Source: Priapulus caudatus
Lineage: Eukaryota
NCBI RefSeq assembly: GCF_000485595.1
Contig: NW_014577078.1
Coordinates: 6,788-70,787, forward strand
Reading direction: 5' to 3'
Length of the DNA stretch: 64,000 bases
The notes under the pieces were generated by a model. The model saw only the letters and a list, made by a program, of their open reading frames with translations. It did not search any database and was not told the origin of the DNA. Positions 35,601-49,495 of the stretch are shown piece by piece. Within the stretch, counting starts at the first letter, position 1; each line of letters opens with the position of its first letter. The translations under genes and the position numbers were made by a program.

Positions 35601-38600
35601 CAGACAAAGGAGGAATTCCTCAAGGGACATCACTGTGACTGGACTGGAAACTGCCAGGTGGCCGTTTGAAGAACGGGAAGAGGTTGGCTAATCTCTGCTC
35701 CCATTCTGGGGCACACCTGACTTCTCCGCAGCCATTTATTGCTTGAGACCGATCTGGCAAGCCTCCAGGGTTTGGTGCCAGTGCGTATGCCCAGGAAGTG
35801 TAGAAAAAACGCTCCCTCGTCATATGCTATGCGAGTCGGGGCTGCGGAACGGCAGAAAGCGGAACGATGCGAACAACTACAGCAGCAAGAAGCTTGGAAC
35901 TGCTGCGCCTTAAAAGTGGCCATTACAGAAAAGTTCAGAGAACATGCTCCTGGATTCCCGGTTACAGTATACACTGATAACAACCCTTTGTGTTCCTGCA
36001 AACAACGGCCAAGGCTGAACGCCACTAAAATGCGATGGGCAGCAGAGTTGGCTTCCTGTCACTTCACCGTGAGCGCTACCAAGCAGGACGCTAATTGGTA
36101 CCAGACATTTCCTGAGGCCGGAAGGGAAATCATGGCCCAAGGGAGCCAGCTAGCTCACGCTTTGAAGAAATTGCAGCGGAGGACCAGTCGCCTGCCAGTC
36201 TGATCGCCACTCTCCCAGCCTAACCAAACCTACAGAGGACCTGAAGGAGGCGTTCATCAACTGTGTAGCGCCCAGTGGATGGCAGCGAGAATCAGCATCC
36301 GGTGCCAACAGAACGTCCCTGCTGCTACAGGCACATTGCCTGAAATACCAGACCGGAGCTGCAGCAAGCTGCAACGGGATGACCCAATACTTAGGAGGAT
36401 CTGGCACTGGTGGGATACGAAGCCAAGCCCCGACAGGGCGAGAAACTGAAGCAGGAACCCAAGGCAGGTCCGAAGGGTGTGTTCTGCGCGGACGGGGGCC
36501 GCTTGAGGGTCCGTAGACAACGTACTTCACGACAGTATTCGGTGAACATGCGGTCAGAAGCGTGCAGCAGGTGCTGCTCCGGCTGCCCTGAAAGCGCATC
36601 AGTCTAAAGGCCTTACAGGGCATCAGGCTGGGACACTCAAGGCCATAGAACGAACCTTACGTCTCGCGCAGCAGGGCCAGATGCGTTTGGCCCAAACATG
36701 GCTCAGAGAGGTCGAGCAGCCATGTCAAGAAGTCGCAACTTGCACCTTGAAGCAAAACCTGGGGAAGCGACCCCCAAACAGCCCATGGGAAGCCTGGACT
36801 CGAAAGTACAAACCACAGGAAGTAACGTGGCGATGATTCTGTACAGTGTTGGAGCCTGGTCTAGGAGGATAGGAGGGACGTATTGGTGGTTGACGAATGT
36901 GTTCACAACGTACACCGAAGGCCATAGCCGTCCAAGGACCAGAAGGCTACCACCGGTGGCTTAAGACACTGGATTAGAGCCACTGTTTGCTCCTGGGTGG
37001 AGTGCCTAGGAGAGCTGCACAGTTGACCAGAGCGCAATTTTGAAAGTCAAATCGTTCGGGGAGCTGTGCCACGTCTATATGGCGACCCGGTGTCTCTGAT
37101 CGAGCCTTCGCATACCATCCTGAAGGAACATGGACAGTGCGAACGATTCATACCGGACAATGCATGACTTTGTGGATGGATCACTCGAGTCCCGAAAGAA
37201 GAGGCGGTCATGGCCAGAATACCTGGTCAGGCTTAGTAGATGCCGACAAAACTGCCACACCTTCACACTTTACACCGGGTTGTTCTCTTTTTTTTCCCCC
37301 TATTTCCTCTTCTTTGGACGAGAGCCAAAACGTCCAATCGACCCACCTCTTAGGAGAGGCCAAGATGAAAATGGGGCGAGGTGACATCACGTCAAGTGGG
37401 TGGCCGACACTACGAGGTTTTGTACGTCTCGAGGCGGCCCGCAAACCAGGTGCACTTTAGACGAACGGAGGAACCGGCACTTCGACGACAGGGCATTTGG
37501 ACAAATAAGAGCGCGCCAGAGATACCAGCTATCCCAATTGGTGGGTAAGGGTCTCCTGAAGAACCAGGGATACCAAGGGTCTAGAACACAAAAATCCAGG
37601 CGAGTTCTGGGAACCCCGGAGCCACCCCAAGTGGTTAACGCGGGCGCGCCCGACTCTGAGGCCCCCTTGTCTCCACGTCAGGTCGCTGCTGAGACATCTA
37701 GCGGGACTGGACCAAGACGCTGCCATCGACAACCAGCTGTAGACTCCCGGCGAAGCTGCGGCTCGGGTACTTGCATGGCAAGGGTCCGGGCTCCAGTGGA
37801 AGCCTACAGTGCGGACAGTCAATGACCAGATCTGCACACACTTGACACCTGGAGGATGCAAGCGCCACTTCGGCGGTTTGGCAGTCTGTCATCTCGTGAG
37901 GCCGAACACCCGCGATGGCCACCTGACCGCGTGAGACGCCATAGAGTCGGACGGCATCGCATACTGAGGGGATATCCCTCAGGAAGACCACCCATCCGAC
38001 AGCGAGGAGGGGAGTTCGGAGTCCGACTCCGACGATAATGGTTCCCGCAAGACGGACGTCTGCAACATGCGGGGAAACCATTCTAACCTCCACCACCGTT
38101 CCCCAAATCTGTCCTCAATGCAGGAGACTCGCCAGCGTCTAAAGTCAAAGGCCCCAGGGGTCGTCCTTGTCCCCAGGTATGCGCTAATACTCCGAGCACC
38201 CAGTGGTTATTGCGTCCAGAGGTTAGCCTGGTGCAATAGGTGAATCATCCTTCCACGGGCATGACAGATATTGCAGCGGCCTTGCTCTGTCATCGAGCGG
38301 GTCGACCAATACAGTGTAAGGATTGTCAGTGCAATCCTGGGGGAAAAAATGGCGGGAGATGTGACATGCCGAATTGTCACAGGGTTGTGATGTTTGGCTG
38401 CTGCCTCGAGTGGCGAAATGAGAGAAAGCATAGACGGCAGCACTGCAGGAGAACAGATGAGCACCTAGGCCACCTGCTGCGACTCAGATAGGAAGCAGAA
38501 GGAAGCATTCTGCCTCGATGACAGTAATTTCTATCGGTCAGACATCTACGAGGTGAGAGCATTATTGCGCCTGTACGGTAACTTGTAGCTGTAGAATTAA

Positions 38601-40087
38601 GTGATAGATGAGGATAAAGATATTTTCTAAGACCTTGAATAACATCCATCTCTTGTAAAGTCGGTGACAAAGATGAGCAGTAGCAGTAGGTAGAAATGTG
38701 CATATTTCAGCCATCATGCGCAGGGGTGTATCCAGGATTTTTTCTGACGTGCGGTACGTGAATCATACTTTATTTGGTACCTTTTTTGCGAAAGGGCGTG
38801 GTCTGGGGGGGCCCGCGTTCCCCCAGAATTTTTTTGAAATTAGGACTCTTTAGCATGCCGTTTTTGCGCAAGCAGGGGGTCCGGACCCCCTGCGCCCCCC
38901 CTGTACACGCCCCTGAACAATTAAATTACAAACAAAAAAATTTTTGTTCAAGAAAAAAATTATCAAGTTAAAAAAAAAAAAATTCCTGACTCAGTTGAAA
39001 ACAGAGAGTTTTTTGAACTTTTCTGTCTTTATCTTGTCTCTGTCTTGATCTTGATCTTTGCTGTCTTGTCTTTTGTCTTTGTCAGTCTTTGTTCTCTCTT
39101 TTATGAAACAAAATTTGTGTAAAAAAAGGCCCAGATTGGCAGAATTGCTTGGAATTGGGATAGATTTACGTCACGCAGATTGCAAGGTGTCTTTGACTCA
39201 TTGCTGGTACCTGATCTTTTTCATTTATGTCATTGCTAAAAAGGGCCTTCGAAAAAAAATGTCTTTGCGAAAAAATGCTGGACCTTTTCTTAACAAATTT
39301 GGGGGCGGTCGTTAGATTCGCTGCCCCCCTGCCAATCACCCATGATGCGTATGCTACATTGGAATGTAAGTTTTCTGAGCTTCCGTTTTCATCAGGAGTA
39401 GGATAGGTCTGATATGATGTGTTTCAACGTCAAGATGTTTTAATAACAAAGTGTGATAAAGCTTGATGACTACATTTTGTATCTATGCAAGCAATGCTTT
39501 TCAATATCACTAATATAGTTAGTGGACTGTAGTCCATATGCGCCCATTCTTATTGTTTCGATGATATTCACGTTAATTCGGTGACATTTACAATGTTTGA
39601 TTATTTGTTCACGTTATTCCATAGGTTATCGTGTTGGGGGGAACCCCCCCCAGGGCAGTTGGTTGCCGCGAGTTGGTGTGCGTATTTCTACGTGTGATGA
39701 TCCGGTGGCATGATCTAGCGCGATCCATGGTACTGGGCTCCCTAGGGTATGTGAAGCCAATGCTCTCTTGTGCTAGCTATTGGTTACAATGTTTTGTATT
39801 TTGTATAATATAATGTACAGGTATAAACTATATGCGTAGTTATTTTCTGTAAGCTATAGTCGTATAATTCTAAATTATCTCAACGTTTAATGGGCGTCGT
39901 ACCCCATCTAGCATTAAGCTATTGCAACAGTTAATCGTCATTGTATGTACATGTGGCGTGGTTTTAAGCGTATAGGGCTGTCCAGCCGCTCATCGCATTG
40001 TATTTGTATGCTGCCAGGGTTTTTGTTTGTTTCACAAATAAATTTCTACCCGCACTTTGATTTTGGATCTGATTTCCGGACCTCACA
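32610..40087 (+). mobile_element. Gypsy B copy 2 (gag remnant, pol, PPT, 3' LTR 38360-40087), very indel-rich
   Basis: Collinear with 19533-25554. RT TATCTGGATGAC (YLDD) at ~35241. The LTR starts TGTGACATGCC and ends CCTCACA. Confidence 0.92.
38721..39344. mobile_element. CAGGGG-type DNA transposon with 5 bp TSD ATGCG, inserted in the LTR of B copy 2
   Basis: ATGCG|CAGGGGTGTATCCAGG...CCTGCCAATCACCCATG|ATGCG. The empty site (single ATGCG) is seen in the other LTR copies at ~15157 and ~24891. Confidence 0.9.
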
Positions 40088-41774
40088 CACTGGAAACAAC
40101 CTTAGACTTGCACGCACTACAACGGCCTGCCATCATATATCGATGGATGAAACATCGATGGGTATGTATGAATTGGAAAGAAGAGATGCTCTATGCTATA
40201 TATACATGGTTGTAGTATGACGTCATGATCCCAAACATCACAGCATGGGGGGTTATAGCAGACATACGGCTGGTGCTTTTGCACATAACGTCTAGTGGAA
40301 ATTCTCAGTGTAAACAACCATCAATCACTGAGCCCTGCGGTGTCCTAAGATGGCTACGAGAATTACACTGGGACGTCACGATTCGACATAGACTCGTACG
40401 GACGTTAACTCGGCCAAGTATCTTTGGCTACACTCAAGTTATAGTTAGTGCAGCGTGTGAAACTGTGCACCGCGGGGCAGTCTAAGCCGAATCGCCGTTG
40501 CTTGTGTGGAAAATTCTCTGCATAAATCCCTCGAAGAGAGCCTCGTCGCGCCATCTATGGGACGCCATATGTACGAGAATAACTTAAGGGCGTTAAATGG
40601 AAGACATTCAAAAGCGCTTTTCTACACGAAAACGTAACGCGCCAACCAAACAAATTAGCAATTACGACCATTGGATTTATTCTCGCCCTACGTGCAGAGT
40701 CGAAAGGCTTCTGCAATCGCCAGAACTCCTCAATTGACCGATTACAGGCCCATTTGACATAACCGTGGAAATTGTTCTAAATACAGAGCAGCGAATTGGA
40801 TGAAAAGGCGCCACGAGGTGGCGCTGTTCGCGCTTCGCGCGGATATCCGGGCTGCAGATCGTCCAGAAAACACAGGTGTATATGTTTTGGTCATTACATA
40901 TTCTAATATATTGGAAGTATTTCACCTTATTTCGTCATGTAATAAAAGTACTAGCAAGATTCTCGTTAATTTTGACGTTTGCTGGATTGCTATACATGCT
41001 TTAATTTTTTTTACATATTAATGGGTTATTATTAATGCTATGTCGTGACAATTAAACAGTCTGTGCCATAATGAAGCTGCAAGCATCAAAGATTCTATTC
41101 ATGTTTCTATGCACGTTTCCGCGTTACCTGCATGAGTTACGTGACAGCCAAGCATACCTTTTAGGTGACTAAGAAGCTTTCGCACCCAAGCATCCTCGGG
41201 GACGATTTTTTAGACAGTAATCATGAAAAAATCAATGTCTCTCGTCGGTAGCTATCATTGTGGCATGACTCCGCTTCAGTGTATTTGCGCTGTAATGACG
41301 TTATTGCATTGGCTAGAGTCGCAGCGTGGATAATATTAAATCCTCGCTCGGTACTGCGTTTTTCAGTATCTACTAGAGCTGTCAAACAGATTGCGTTGCT
41401 TAAGCCTTTACTAACCCACAATGACGTAATAACAGCTAATTCAGCCCTCATTTGTTCTTGCACAAAAGCGAACGCTACCTTGGAGATAGCAAATCCAGAA
41501 TGCACCTGCATTTACCATACACAACACGCAACCACGAGAACCAACGAAAAACAACAGACATACATATACTAGTCCAGCACCAATTCATTTTAATCTAACA
41601 GATGCAGACCTGTCTCTAGAACAAAAGTCACATCTGATTGAACTTCTAGATAATAACAGCCGGGGTTTTGCAGTTGATCTCAGTGAATTGGGCGGAGCAG
41701 ACAGATATGAGCACAAAATACGCACAATCACAAAATAAACGATTAGACATGAGTTTCGTGACTTACTGGAAAAG

Positions 41775-44700
41775 ATGGCAGATACAGCGAAACTCATCGA
41801 GCTACTGCAGTGCCAGCAGAACTTACAACAAATGCAACAACAGCAGTTTCAACACCAATTACAGCAGCAGCAAGAATGACATAAAGAATTCGAACAGCTA
41901 GCGGAACAGCGACAGCAGATGGAGGCGCTGATTACAACAATTACAAAGCCGGGCTCTATATGACGGCACCACAAGTCAGTATCCCTAGTTTCACTGCATT
42001 TGAGCCAACTACGGAGCTATGGGCGGATTACTAGACGCGTTTCATCACGTTTACGGGAGCAAACTCTATACCATATGAAAAACTGTCACAGGTTTTCCAA
42101 ACAAACCAGTCGACTGTGACATAAAAGCTGCTCTGCAACTTCGCTACTCAGCAAACGCCGCCGAAAGACCAAATTAAATTACCATCGCTGAGATGAATAC
42201 ATGATATAACAAATAATACATACAACCGAATACAAGAAGAACTAGTTCGACCCCAAACTTAATTTCCGATCGGAGATGCAGCGGAAACCTGGTGAAACCA
42301 TTCAAGAACTAGCAGCAAGCATCATGCAAGATGCAGTTACGTGCGACGTCGCATCTATTAAATATTCTCTAGACGAGGCCATGCACACACCCTTCATCTG
42401 TTCAGTTAAGAATGAGGTCGTGTTGAAGGCGTTATTTAAGATCAAAGATGACGAACTGTCGTATGCTTGAGCAATCCAGGTTGCTATGGAGACTGAAGAT
42501 GCGGCCAATGTAACTAAGGAAACGGTGCATGGGATGCAGCCGAAGCTGGTAAATAAACTACAACATGAGCCACGCTCTTCGACGTCCGAGTCAAATGGAA
42601 GTCGATCGATTAACCAGGGACCCAGCTACACCGGCATTTTTCCAAAGGTAGCCTGTGGGCGTTGTGGCAGGTCTGACCACCTTAGAAAGGAACGCCCGCA
42701 CCTTAGCGCAATCTGCCATTTTTACCAACGGAAAGGGCACTTTCAGTCTGTCTGTCTTCAGAAGAAGAGATGCAACAAGCCAACGGTGAAGGCTATCTAC
42801 AAGCAGAGACTCCAGACAGTGAAACGGCAAGGAAAAATCCCTGAGCTCCTGCTCAGTCCTCTGCTGCAGCTCCTCCAGTCTCTCTGAATGGAAAGAATTT
42901 TGATTTTCATATCAACACTGGTACGGGAGACAACTTTTGCTCGAGAGACGTCTGGATAAAGCTGGAGACGCCATGCTAGGGAGCTACAGGAAACCAGCTG
43001 ACGGTCATGGGCACGTTTACAGCGAATGCCAAACAGAACCACCGTGGAAACATAGAAGAACGGAACATAGAGTTCACGATGGCAGGCTTCCTTCGCTCAA
43101 CTTGCTGGGTCGTAGCGCCATACATAAACTGGCAATATTTTTCTCATCGCCACCCATGCTCTTCAACCAATTGAAGCCGTTCATCCCCATTGAAGCCAGA
43201 GCTTAGATGCTTAAAGGACTTTGAATTAGAAGTCAAATTCAAGTGGAATGCCAGGCAGACATTCTGCAGGCCACGGCCAGTCCCGTTTGTAATTCGAGAA
43301 GATCTCACACAAGCATATGACGCCGTCATCAGGAGGGGTACGTGTGTGGAAGCCCGCACAATTCAATGAAAGTGGCACACCCGTCGTTCTGATCATTAAG
43401 GTGGTGCCACCAGGCGAGCAGAAACCAAAGCTGCGAGTCTGCGGGGGACTACTCCGTTACTGTAAACCCAAAATTAGAGATCGTCCGACACCCTATGCCT
43501 CTTCCCGAGGATCTCATAAGGAAACTTGTGGAGGATACGGTTCCATTAAACTCGATCTGGCAGATGCATGCTTACAGCCAAATCAAGCTCGCTCCTGAAA
43601 CCCAGATAAGACTGCCCCCCCATCGAGGCGTACTACTTCAAATTCGGCTGCCATTCGGCATCACATCGGCACCGGTTTTTTTCAAAGAGATCATGAAGCT
43701 ACTCACCAGCGATATACAGGGAGTGGCAGCTAGTCTACCTAGACGACTTTCTCGTCATTAGTGTCAATGCACAATTAAGAACATCTCCAAAATCTACGCA
43801 CCTTGCTTCAACGCTTAGAAGAAAAAGGGATACGATGTCGAATGGGGAATGTTTATTCCACAGCAGGTGTAGAGTACGTGGGCCACAACCTTTCCCAAAA
43901 CAGGATTGCTAATGAGGCTAAGGTCAACGCGGTTATCAAGAGGCCGCCGTCGGAAAACGTTTCCAGCCTTTGTTCATTCTTGGGGTTACTGCAATTCTAT
44001 GGCAAGTTTCTCCACAACTTGGCCACTCTGACGGAGCCTCTCTACCGACTGACCAAGAAGGACATACAATGGAAATGGGGCGCTAATGAACAAGCTGCCT
44101 TTTAGCAGCTAAAACAAGTACATTGCACGGATACAGTGCTGGCCCATTTTGACCCATCCCTGCCGATTGGAATGTCATGCGATGCATTGGAGGTTGGTAT
44201 TGGAGCAGTGTTGCTTCAGGGCTATCGTGACGGCAGTGAGCGCCCAATTGCTAACGTATCCACGACATTAACAGAGACTCAGTGCCGCTATAGCCAAGTT
44301 CAAAAAGAGGCATTAGCTGCTATTTTTGCGCTAAAAAAGTTTCACCAGTTTCTGTATGATCGAAAATTTATTTTGGTTACAGATCATAAACCATTGCTAG
44401 TGCTATTCGGGCCAACCAAAGAGACGCCAATGCTAGCGGCCAATCGTTTGGTTCGAAGGGCTTTGATGCTTAGCGAGTACGATTACCCTATTGAGTATAG
44501 AAAAACGTCGGACCACGGGAACGCAGATGCACTCAGTCGCTTGCCAGTGGGACCTGTCGTCAACTTTGATGGAGAGGAAAGTGAGGCAGATGTTGTCACT
44601 GTCTGCACTATCAAATCTGTGAGTCTACAACAATAACCAACTGATCCTGGTGTCGTGGCAAAGCAATCAGGCAACGATTCTGTAATCGCAACAGTGATGC

Positions 44701-45600
44701 GCCATACCCGTGAAGGATGGCCAGCAGACGATTCACGTTTTAATGTGGAGAAGAACCATGAGTGCTATTCAGGCAGAGACTTCAGGAAACTAGCGGATTT
44801 AATGTCGACAGCCCATGGGTGTTTGCTCTATGGTCCCAGAGTAGTCATTCCTAAAAGTCTGCATCAGCAAGTGCTTCGATTGCTACAATTGTATATAGGC
44901 CTAGGATCGACGCTGACATTGCAGAGCTGTGTCGCAACTGCACTGCCTGCGTCGAACACCAGAATAAACCAGCAAAGTCGGCCAATCAGCCGTGGATGCT
45001 GCCAAAGAAACCCTGGGGTAGGATACATCTGGATCATGCCATAAATTTTCTAGGAAGCAACTGGCTAGTCCTGATCGATGCCTACTCCAAATACCCATGT
45101 ATTCACGCGACAAACTCTACGCCGACAAAGACCCCCATTGACCTACTGGAGCAAGACTTCGCTCACTTTGGATACCCACACACGAACGTGACCGACAATG
45201 CCACTACGTTCACACTTACGTTGCACCAAAAGCTGCCCTGCAGCAATTCCTGATGTAGTACCGCCGTACTCCCTTAGCGGAAGGGTTTTCGCCAAGTGAG
45301 CTTCTCAACGGCTAACAAATCTGTTACCAGTTTGACTCTCTGTTGCCTTCTCCCGCGCACTGGGTACAGGGAAAACAGGCAAAAGAGGCTACCAGATCAC
45401 AGCACGGAGAGAATAGTCGCATCGTTTCTAGGCTAGTGCATGCCTACTAGCTAGGCGCTCCATGTTATGCACTTTACTGCAGCCCTCGGCAAGACAAAGA
45501 CCAAATATTGGTCCCAGCGGTTGTCACCAATGTACATGGTGCCCGCAGCGTCGACGTGCGTGTCTATCCCAGAGAACCAGTGTGGCGTATCCGAAACTCA
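41775..45600 (+). pseudogene. Gypsy C gag-pol (Mag/K02A2.6-like), degenerate
   Basis: Gln-rich gag start, QRKPGETIQELAA and CGRCG..H knuckle; RT KLDLADA, LPFGITSAP; RNase H CDALEVGIGAVL, YSQVQKEALA, TDHKPL; integrase PWGRIHLDH, IDAYSKYP, VTDNATTF followed by a deletion. Confidence 0.92.
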
Positions 45601-45829
45601 GCCTATTCACCCGACAGGACAGGACCGTTAACCCACCGAATTCTGAGTCAGCAACGTAACCAGTCAACGTGAGTCAGGTGTAAATTAACCGAACCCAAGA
45701 AATTGTCTCAATCCAGTAGGTGACGAATACGGGCCAGATCATCCGAGACGTTCCAGTCGACAGCCGAGGCCGCGGACCAAGGCTTATCTGTATATAGTCT
45801 ATACAACCTTCCGTCTCTGTGTGGGCTCA

Positions 45830-46016
45830 AGGCTGGTGGGGAGCTGTGAGATTATTGTAAAAGAAGCCATTACGGGCCCAGTAGGCGGCGCCATGTACTT
45901 CCCGAAGCCAGTTGCATTCTACAACGTGGCAGGCTGGACTGTGGTGGAATAAATCCTTTCTTCATATTATATATAATATTACACGTCAGTTCTTTCGTCT
46001 TTTCTTTAGAAAAACA
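45830..46016 (+). repeat. Putative PPT and short 3' LTR of Gypsy C
   Basis: GGTGGGGAGC|TGT at 45845 and AATAAA at ~45948. The end point is uncertain and no matching 5' LTR was seen. Confidence 0.45.
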
Positions 46017-48084
46017 ACCCGTTGTAATAAGTGCAAAGTTGTTAGTTGATTCTTTTCAGTCATTGTAGTAAGAGTAACGCTGTCCGTTGCTGGTGGTCAG
46101 TAGTTGGAGTGAGAGCCATTCTGTCAGCTGCTACCTGACAGTCGTTGCAGTGAGAGCAATGCTATGGTTTGTGTTGCGGTGTGAGAAAGGATGTGTTTTG
46201 CCGTCGACGGTTTGATTCAATTGTTTGCTGAATTGCCTGACGAATAGATGTACGTACATCTCAAAAGCTCGCGTATTAAAACTTAAGCACCCTTAACTAT
46301 ATATATGCTTATATATATATACCGGCTATTGTAGTAAAATCTAAACGGATAAATCAGCGTTTTCCTACGTTTTATAATATTCTATCGCCTAAGTGTGAAA
46401 TGGGAGAACATATATAAAACATCTACTCTCAGTACGTACTGGGAGATATCCATGATTACAACTGAAACCACTAAATTCGTAAAATGTTCTGTGCATCTTG
46501 AGAAATTGTGAGAAATTGTGAGGTTTCCACTCGCAATTTGATGCGAAACGCGCGAACGCCGCTGACTGCATGCATGATGTCCCCAAGCTACGTGTCAACA
46601 AACCAGGGCCTATGTAACAAGGTATAAATTCTATGTTCAACCACGCGGCAATTTCAACTATTACTGGCCGTTGGCGGCTTTATAGAAGGGCTATAAGGCT
46701 GATAATTTCTAGCGTAACGAATACGACGCGATGAAACGCACTTCCACTAACTTCTTTATAGCATATATGTATTGATGATTTGCACATGTATGTGTATGGT
46801 ATAAAGTACATAATAAACATTCGTCGCCACACGCCGCTGTGGATTCTAGATTGATTTTTGAGGACCGAGCAACGGGCATATCCATCGAGCTATCCTCGAG
46901 AATAGACGCTTATTGAACTACAACACAAGTATTCTGGCCCATCGAAAATGCCCACATCAGTACTAAGAATGAGTAGAAATATAATTATGAGTCATATAAC
47001 ATACATATGAATTAAATTATCATGAGCAGTGAATTTTCGAAAATTTGTAAAACTGCAAAGGTCACATCCGCACACATTATATCAATAGGAAGTTACTCAA
47101 CATCATCTCACGCCGGCACCTCAAAAATGTCCACTTGTCTGGTAACATGTCGCATCAGATATTACTGCTGACACGTTATGGTCGCACCTTCAACCAATAA
47201 GCACACCACGTGAAGCAGCAATTCCTCCAACACCCATAAATATCATGTCTCCGTGAAAAGAAGCATTGCAGACTCTGCAGCGCATGCACGCTCGATCATT
47301 TCTGGACCGCCAATGTCGCCTCAATGCTATAGTTCCAGCGGCACGTGATCAAGCTGCTGGTTACATTTAACCCGTTGCGGTTGCGTACAATTAAGCAAAC
47401 TGGTGTGCAACTTATCTCGGCCTTGGCTATCTAGTATATCAGGCCTCTTCGTTCTGCAGCATTTACGATTTTGCATTCAACCTCATCTCTTCACAGCAAT
47501 ATAGAATGTATGGAACATACCTCCGCGACTCATTTCCTTATCGGACAGCGGAAGATGGAAGGGTGAATGAATACAAGTTATGGGGATCATGGCTGCGCAT
47601 TCCTATTTGTTGTAGCTAACCGAGGCTCATTGTTGTTGACCCATTTTTCACGCGACCTATATTTATTTCGGCCACATTTTCCTGTGGAAATATTTGGTGT
47701 GAGCCTTTGTTCCTATAGTAAGTTCCCGGTTCCCAACGTAACAAACACTATAATTAACCAGCATTTTTAAAGACTAATTAGCATATTTGGGCACTAAACA
47801 GTTCGTGCGAACAACGTCCAACATGTTCAGATAGTAGTCATTATGTTTCGACAGCCTCTAACATGCTTGGACCGTATACCCATGCAGTATGTTTTAACCG
47901 TAAGCAGTTTGCTCGGACTCTAACCAGTTTGTTGTGACACTCTTGTATGTTTCGTATATCTAACACCGTGTATAAGCATGATAACTTCTACCTCTAGAAT
48001 CTAAATACGAGATATCTACAATAAACTTGGTAATGTTTGTTCATATGGTAATCATAACCCTAGACAAGTTCAACAGCTGCAGTA

Positions 48085-48122
<38 letters not shown>

Positions 48123-48718
48123 GCTGCAGTGTATCGGCAGAAATCACGCAAAACGTCACGGTAGGCGACCTAAAATCATTTGTTTATGGCGCCCGTATAT
48201 AACGTGTTTATAGTACCTTGTAATTATACTAATAGCAATATAATTATATGATATTAGTTTTTGTTGAATATAGAATTTGCAAAACTTTGCATTACTGGAT
48301 TTATTACACCTGTTTTATTAGGTTCTCTCCTGTGCCGATTAGGCTTGCTCGTCGCCGTTAACCAGGTAGAACTTATTTTTGTATTTAGATAAAATCGCCT
48401 AATTAATGCAAGTTCGGACTATTTCTGTTCGTTTCAACTGTGTTCTATTGTAGAGAAGTTGTGAGAAGCCCTACTGTAGTCTAGTCAAATGTAATTTGTT
48501 TGAATTAATTGTGTAATATATCCAGTTTTATTATAGATTGCTTATGTAGTTTGTTCGTGATTTATTGACAAATTATTTCCAACGGAAATTTCTTGATTGC
48601 AAAGTTACCTTTCAAATTATGTACTTATAGAGACTAGGCCTAATTAAAGCTGGCGACTCCTTCGAGTTCATAGTTTAGCCATATGATACATACGCTAAAA
48701 TATTGAGATTGATCACAT

Positions 48719-49479
48719 CAGGAGTAGATAATAGGGAAGGAGTGTGACATCAATAAACAAGGGAAATTCGTCATTACATAGCCTTATAATACTACGATTT
48801 ACTACGCGTAACTCATCCAACTTGAGCTCAAATCGGACACAGTACATTCGCCTAGCATCGTGCGAAATCGTTTCCTCGTATACACCCGCAATCCGGAGAT
48901 ACAGACTAAAACGTACGACACGATTCGTCTATTCTTTGGCCATCAATCCAAATCCATTGCGCGCCTCTAATTCAAACAAAAGGCAGCTACCTAACGCGCT
49001 ATTGCTAACTCGGCAAGGCATGTGGCTCGCTGGGAGATTAGGCATCAACACTCGGCGAGATAACCTTTGACCCGGTACACAGCTACACAGGCCACCTCTG
49101 CACATAGCTGGCATGTCCTTCACGCACGCAACGCCAACCGCAATCAGCAGCAGCTGATCGGGCTCAATCTCCCAGCGAGCCACATTGGCCGCGAGTTAGC
49201 AAAGCTGTGTTAGGTAGCTGCCTTTTGTTTGAATTAGAGCGCGCAATGATTTGGATTGATGCCAATTTAAAGATGAGAATCGTGTCGTAGTCTGTTATCT
49301 CCGGATTGCGGTGTATACGAGGAACGATTTCGCACGATGCTAGGCGAATGTACTGCTGTCCGATTTGAGCTCAAGTGGATGAGTTAACGCGTAGTAAATC
49401 GTAGGTATTATAAGGCTAGTAAATGACGAATTTTCCCTGTTTATTGATGGTCACACTCCTTCCCTATTATCTACTTCTG
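48719..49479. mobile_element. Palindromic MITE with ~320 bp inverted arms (P-element-like or MULE-like)
   Basis: CAGGAGTAGATAATAGGGAAGGAGTGTGAC ... GTCACACTCCTTCCCTATTATCTACTTCTG. Flanked by direct repeat ATCACAT (7 bp), or GATCACATC (9 bp) if the ends are shifted by one base. Confidence 0.88.
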
Positions 49480-49495
49480 ATCACATCGAAACTAA

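Noticed and set aside
32610..38360. Many short ORFs in B copy 2 as separate genes
   Set aside because: They are indel-broken fragments of the same Gypsy gag-pol seen at 19.5-24.4 kb.
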